Shown here one piece after another: positions 5,942-10,033 of a DNA stretch of 10,033 nucleotides. The notes under the pieces are model-generated. The model worked only from the letters and a program-made list of their open reading frames with translations, searched no databases and had not been told where the DNA came from. The stretch covers positions 1-10,033 of the forward strand of contig CBDUQR010000068.1 of NCBI GenBank assembly GCA_965369655.1. The letters run 5' to 3'. Source of the stretch: an uncultured bacterium (GTDB lineage Bacteria; Zixibacteria; MSB-5A5; JAABVY01; JAHJOQ01). Made by a program: the position numbers and the translations under genes. The first letter of the stretch is position 1; each line of letters opens with the position of its first letter.

Positions 5942-7750
5942 ATGGTTAGTGATTTCTACGAAGACGATAAGATCAGACCTGAAGACGACATAGGTTCAAA
6001 GAAGGCGTTCAGGAAGCTGATGCCGCTGCTCCGCCCCCATCGAAGCGGACTGGTTTTTTGCCTGATTCTGCTGTTCTCGGCTACGATCCTGTCTTTGATC
6101 TGGCCGGTGCTGATGAAACGGGTGCTCGATGTTGACATCAAGAATGGTGATTTCAACGGGCTGCTCCTGACGGTTGCCGCAATCGGATTGATACAGGCTC
6201 TGACGCTCGTGTTTCAGTATATACAACGTATCAGGCTGGAAATCATCGGTCAGGATGTGATGGTTGACCTGAAACACAAGCTATTCAATCATATCCTGTC
6301 GCTCGATGTTTCTTTCTTCGACCGCAATCCGGTTGGACGGCTCATGGCGCGGATCGAATCGGATACCGAGTCGTTGCGGATGCTCTTTACGAACACGGTT
6401 GTCCTGATAGTCGGCGACCTGATTCTGATCGTCGGCATCTTCGGCCTGATGTTCTATTTCAGTTGGAGACTGGCGGCGATTCTACTGGCGATCATGCCGA
6501 TCATAGCTGTCCTGGTAATCGTATTCGAGCGGATTACGACTCCGAGGTTTCTTGAGGTGCGCAAGAAGATGGCCGAGGTGACCGCACAATTGACAGAGTT
6601 CCTGCATGGCATGTCGATCATCCAGATTTTCCATCGGGGATCGTATGCGCGCTCGCGTGTGTATCGCGCCAACAAGCTCAAATTCGATGAGGACAAGTAC
6701 GTTAACATAGCGGTTTGCGTGTTTTTCAATACCGTGTTCTTCTTCGAATATGTGATGGTCGCGCTGACGCTGTTTTTCGGCGTCTACTGGATCGAACAGG
6801 GTGCGATAACAGTCGGGACAATCGGCATGTTCATCGTGCTGATCTGGCGGTCATTCGAACCGATCTGGCGGACGTCGGAACAGCTTGCCAACATCCAGAA
6901 GGCGATTGCCGGTGCAAAGAGGATATTCGCATTACTCAATGAGAAGCAGAAGCTGCCGGATCCTGCAAAGCCGGTTGCGGTCGGTGGGATCGAGAAGGGC
7001 ATTCGTTTTGAGAATGTGTCGCTGTCGTACAATGACGACGGCAACTACGCGCTGAAAGATGTCTCGTTTGAGATACCTGTCGGTCGGCGCGTCGCGCTGG
7101 TCGGAGTGACAGGCGGTGGCAAGACTACGGTTATATCACTGCTTCTGCGGCTCTACGATCCGCAGAAGGGGAAGATCACGATTGATGGCATCGACATCAG
7201 GGATATACGCAAGGCGGATCTGCGGAAGAGATTCGCACTGGTGCTGCAGGACATACTGCTCTTCCCGGGCGACGTCAAATCGAACATATCTCTCGAATCG
7301 GATGAAGTATCATTCGACAGGGTGATCGATGCATCGCGGATTGTCGAGGCTGACCGCTTCATCATGCGGTTGCCTGATGGCTACTCGACTGAGGTTTCTG
7401 AGAAAGGCTCGAACTTCAGCCGAGGCGAGAGACAGTTGCTGTCGTTCGCGAGGGCGCTCGTGACTGATCCTGACGTCCTGCTGCTCGATGAAGCGACGAG
7501 TTCGGTCGATCCTGAGACCGAGCGCACCATTCAGGCTTCTCTGAAGAAGCTTATGAAAGGGCGGACATCTCTGATCATAGCGCACCGTCTCTCGACAATA
7601 CTCGATGTCGATGAGATCATGGTGATCCGTAGCGGTGAGATAATCGAGCGTGGAACGCATACGGAGTTGATCCTGAAAGATGGGTATTACTCGAAGCTGT
7701 TCCACCTGCAGTTCAAGAGTAGAAATGGAGTCGTATCAAATGTTGGATAA
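5942..7750 (+). CDS. Heterodimeric ABC exporter subunit (TMD+NBD), MdlB/BmrD-like
   Basis: Multi-TM N-terminal domain with FFDRNPVGRLM, Walker A GVTGGGKTT, degenerate signature FSRGERQ, canonical Walker B LLLDEATS and IAHR. Confidence 0.92.
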   Translation: MVSDFYEDDKIRPEDDIGSKKAFRKLMPLLRPHRSGLVFCLILLFSATILSLIWPVLMKRVLDVDIKNGDFNGLLLTVAAIGLIQALTLVFQYIQRIRLEIIGQDVMVDLKHKLFNHILSLDVSFFDRNPVGRLMARIESDTESLRMLFTNTVVLIVGDLILIVGIFGLMFYFSWRLAAILLAIMPIIAVLVIVFERITTPRFLEVRKKMAEVTAQLTEFLHGMSIIQIFHRGSYARSRVYRANKLKFDEDKYVNIAVCVFFNTVFFFEYVMVALTLFFGVYWIEQGAITVGTIGMFIVLIWRSFEPIWRTSEQLANIQKAIAGAKRIFALLNEKQKLPDPAKPVAVGGIEKGIRFENVSLSYNDDGNYALKDVSFEIPVGRRVALVGVTGGGKTTVISLLLRLYDPQKGKITIDGIDIRDIRKADLRKRFALVLQDILLFPGDVKSNISLESDEVSFDRVIDASRIVEADRFIMRLPDGYSTEVSEKGSNFSRGERQLLSFARALVTDPDVLLLDEATSSVDPETERTIQASLKKLMKGRTSLIIAHRLSTILDVDEIMVIRSGEIIERGTHTELILKDGYYSKLFHLQFKSRNGVVSNVG

Positions 7751-9539
7751 ATTCAAATGGTTGTGGAGTTATTATCGCGGCTACTGGTACGTGCTGGCGG
7801 TCCTGCTGCTGCTGACTCCGGTACAGACAGTGTTCCAGGTTTCGATTCCGAGGCTGATCGAATTCACGGTCGATTTCGTGAAGACCAGTGCGGTGCCATC
7901 TAATGCGGTAGCGACCTGGCTCGCTGCATTCGGTGCCGATTACGGTCTGTCGACTGCCGCGACATACGCGCTCTCGCTGGTGACGCTCGGTTTGTGTGCA
8001 AGCGCGCTATACTGCTTCGTGCAGTCCCATCGCGCCTGGATGAATATCAGGCTCGAATGGGCGTTTCGCCAGAAGGCGTTCGACGGCATCACCCTGCGCG
8101 GACCTGATTTTTTCAACAAGTTCCGCACGGGTGACCTGGTTACCAGGATGACCGACGATGTCGCGGAGAAACTATCGTGGTTTGCATGTTCCGGCATGTT
8201 CAGGCTCTATGAGGCTATCCTGATGGTGATCTTCACTATAGCGATGATGGCTCTGATCGATCCGATGCTGACAATCTGGTCTGTCGCGCCGTTGCCGTTT
8301 TTGATTCTGGTTTTCTTCAAGACCTCGTCCCTGCTGGACAAGCGCTACGAGCGTCTGCAGAAGCGGATTTCGCGGTTCAACGACGTGATGGAAGCGTGCT
8401 TCAGCGGAATCAGAGTCGTCAAGGCGTACGTGAAGGAGAAGGCGCAGAAGTCGAAGTACGATCACGCGGTTACGGAACGAAGAGATGCCGAGATCGCGGC
8501 TGTCAGGACGCACGCCGTGATCGAATCGCTGTACATGTATATCTGGCAATTCGGGATAATCATCGTTCTGCTGGTTGGCGGATACTATGTGATAAATGCG
8601 GGATTGTCGATCGGGAAGCTTATCGCGTTTATATACTACGTCGTGTATCTTGTGTTTCCGATGTTCGACATCGGCCAGTTCCTGGTCAAGTCGAGACAGT
8701 CGGCTGTTTCTATCGGTCGTCTGATGGAACTCGAAGATGTCGAACCGATGGTCGCAGACGGCGGGACTGCATCTGGTTTTGGCGACCTGAGCGGTCACAT
8801 CAAGTTCGATCATGTGACATTCAGTTTCACCGGTCTCGACAGGAACATCATTGACGATATATCGATGGAAATCAGGCCCGGCGAGACCGTTGCGCTGGTC
8901 GGACGTGTCGGGTCGGGCAAGAGTTGGCTGATCAATATGATTCCGCGTCTGGTCGACCCGACTGGCGGTACAATTAAGATCGACGGGCGCGACCTGAGGG
9001 AGATGCAACTCGAAAGTCTTCGCTCACAGATCGGATATGTCCCGCAGGAGCCGGTGCTGTTCAGTGATACGATCAGGAACAACATCATCCTCGGGCGGGA
9101 TGATGTCTCTGACGATCTGATCGACTGGGCGATCGATGTCTCGCAATTGAAGAGCGAAATCGATTCGTTCCCCGACGGTATCGAGACCGCTGTCGGCACA
9201 CGCGGCATGATGCTCTCCGGTGGACAGAAGCAGCGTCTGTCGCTGGCGAGAGCGCTTGTCGGTAAGCCGAGGATATTGATCCTCGACGATTGCACGTCCG
9301 CGCTCGATTCATCGACCGAGGTGGCGCTGTGGGATCGATTGCACGAGGTCATGCCCGGGATGACCGCTATCGTGATAACACACCGCCCTGATACTCTCGA
9401 GCAGGCCGACAGAATCTATGTCCTCGAGGATGGGCGGATAGTTGAGCAGGGATTGCACGGAGATCTGGTGACTCGGGATGGCGCTTATGCGAAGATGTAC
9501 AGGCGCTATCGACTTGAAGAAGAGGTTGCGTATGGATAA
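7740..9539 (+). CDS. Heterodimeric ABC exporter subunit (TMD+NBD), MdlA/BmrC-like
   Basis: FF..FRTGDLVTR.TDD, Walker A GRVGSGKS, canonical LSGGQKQ, degenerate Walker B LILDDCTS and ITHR. ATG 7740 with SD GGAG overlaps the upstream stop and is preferred over 7680. Confidence 0.92.
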   Translation: MLDKFKWLWSYYRGYWYVLAVLLLLTPVQTVFQVSIPRLIEFTVDFVKTSAVPSNAVATWLAAFGADYGLSTAATYALSLVTLGLCASALYCFVQSHRAWMNIRLEWAFRQKAFDGITLRGPDFFNKFRTGDLVTRMTDDVAEKLSWFACSGMFRLYEAILMVIFTIAMMALIDPMLTIWSVAPLPFLILVFFKTSSLLDKRYERLQKRISRFNDVMEACFSGIRVVKAYVKEKAQKSKYDHAVTERRDAEIAAVRTHAVIESLYMYIWQFGIIIVLLVGGYYVINAGLSIGKLIAFIYYVVYLVFPMFDIGQFLVKSRQSAVSIGRLMELEDVEPMVADGGTASGFGDLSGHIKFDHVTFSFTGLDRNIIDDISMEIRPGETVALVGRVGSGKSWLINMIPRLVDPTGGTIKIDGRDLREMQLESLRSQIGYVPQEPVLFSDTIRNNIILGRDDVSDDLIDWAIDVSQLKSEIDSFPDGIETAVGTRGMMLSGGQKQRLSLARALVGKPRILILDDCTSALDSSTEVALWDRLHEVMPGMTAIVITHRPDTLEQADRIYVLEDGRIVEQGLHGDLVTRDGAYAKMYRRYRLEEEVAYG

Positions 9540-9574
9540 TCAGACATACGATGACCTTGTCTATGAGAATGCAT

Positions 9575-9668
9575 GTGGGCGGCAGACGTCCTCGCAAAGT
9601 CCTGAGCTTCGAAGGGTCTGCCCCCTCTTTGGCGCCTGAATCGGCAGATGTGGACATCTGCCGGGCAC
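9575..9668. repeat. REP-like inverted doublet, left copy interrupted by a 22-nt insertion
   Basis: The left copy is GTGGGCGGCAGACGTCCTC[9594-9615]GTCTGCC. The right copy (9642-9668) reads GTGCCCGGCAGATGTCCACATCTGCCG in reverse complement. Each is itself a hairpin. Confidence 0.8.
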
Positions 9669-9684
9669 GAACTCATTTACATGT

Positions 9685-9730
9685 TGTGTCGGGTCTTGCA
9701 TTCGGCTTGCCGAATGTGTGACCTGACACA
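9685..9730. repeat. Long imperfect palindrome (REP-like)
   Basis: Outer stem TGTGTCGGGTC/GACCTGACACA and inner stem TGCATTCGGC/GCCGAATGTG, with no U-tract. Confidence 0.6.
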
Positions 9731-9779
9731 TCGCTTGCAGGCCGGCGGGTCATCGGTCGCTGATCCCGTCATTGACCCC

Positions 9780-9816
9780 GATCTTCTCCCTCCGGGATCC
9801 CGTGGGAGAGGGGATC
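9780..9816. repeat. Imperfect palindrome of the TCTCCC..GGGAGA REP-like type
   Basis: GATCTTCTCCC..CGGGATCCCG..GGGAGAGGGGATC. Confidence 0.45.
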
Positions 9817-9912
9817 CTGAGGGACACGCTTTGCGCAGGTCTGCCGGTACGGATAATGCGTCTCGCCGACACATCTTCTGTAACTCATATTCATTGGCGA
9901 CACAATCACATC

Positions 9913-9940
9913 TTGACAAAATCGGGATTCGTGCTATAAT
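9913..9940 (+). promoter_or_regulatory. Consensus sigma70 promoter with extended -10, for a gene beyond the window
   Basis: TTGACA (9913-9918), 16 bp, TATAAT (9935-9940), preceded by TGc. Confidence 0.8.
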
Positions 9941-10033
9941 AAGTTGTTGAGGTAGTGTTAAGTAATTCATTCTCACCGCCCTGTACATACAGGACTGATT
10001 TTGACTTGATGCTTGCAATTTCTATCAAAGTAT

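Noticed and set aside
5808-5993. 61-aa plus-strand ORF before the exporter
   Set aside because: It has no good SD, runs through the terminator and overlaps the exporter start out of frame.
4032-9352. Many alternative-frame and antisense ORFs within the four transporter genes (up to 278 aa)
   Set aside because: These are expected shadows in GC-rich coding DNA, with no motifs or translation signals.
3271-9668. 18-bp direct repeat (3271-3288 and 9651-9668) as att sites bounding a transporter island
   Set aside because: Both copies are parts of a REP-like hairpin family. There is no integrase or tRNA, and the enclosed genes look chromosomal.
9575-9820. CRISPR array or integron attC cassette sites
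   Set aside because: There are no regularly spaced identical repeats with unique spacers, no convincing RYYYAAC/GTTRRRY-bounded attC structure, and no cas or intI gene.
9367-10018. ORFs of 96, 100 and 113 aa over the terminal repeat cluster
   Set aside because: They are low-plausibility translations of palindromic repeats and promoter sequence.

Overview
Bacterial window in two parts. The left part (1 to ~3290) is a visibly AT-richer, decayed accessory island. It holds the end of an IS3-family element, a complete IS630-family element at CTAG, and a broken type II restriction-modification pair (frameshifted BanI/HgiCI-like endonuclease plus a methyltransferase-like gene cut off at the IS630). 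It also holds an IS256 stub and a nest of non-autonomous elements: a REP-like hairpin interrupted by a TIR-bounded MITE, which contains a REP doublet, which contains a 24-nt micro-insertion. The right part (~3330-10033) is more ordinary chromosome: a natAB-like ABC Na+ exporter, a DinB-family pseudogene, and a heterodimeric MdlB/MdlA (BmrD/BmrC)-type ABC exporter behind a candidate leader-peptide attenuator. It ends with a cluster of REP-like palindromes and a consensus sigma70 promoter pointing out of the window. The most unusual signals are the candidate ribosome-controlled attenuator at 5747-5888, a recurring 22-24 nt CCTTCG..GCTCAGGA micro-element inserted at C^G in two unrelated palindromes, and the R-M decay. 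Family assignments come from recalled motifs, not database searches.
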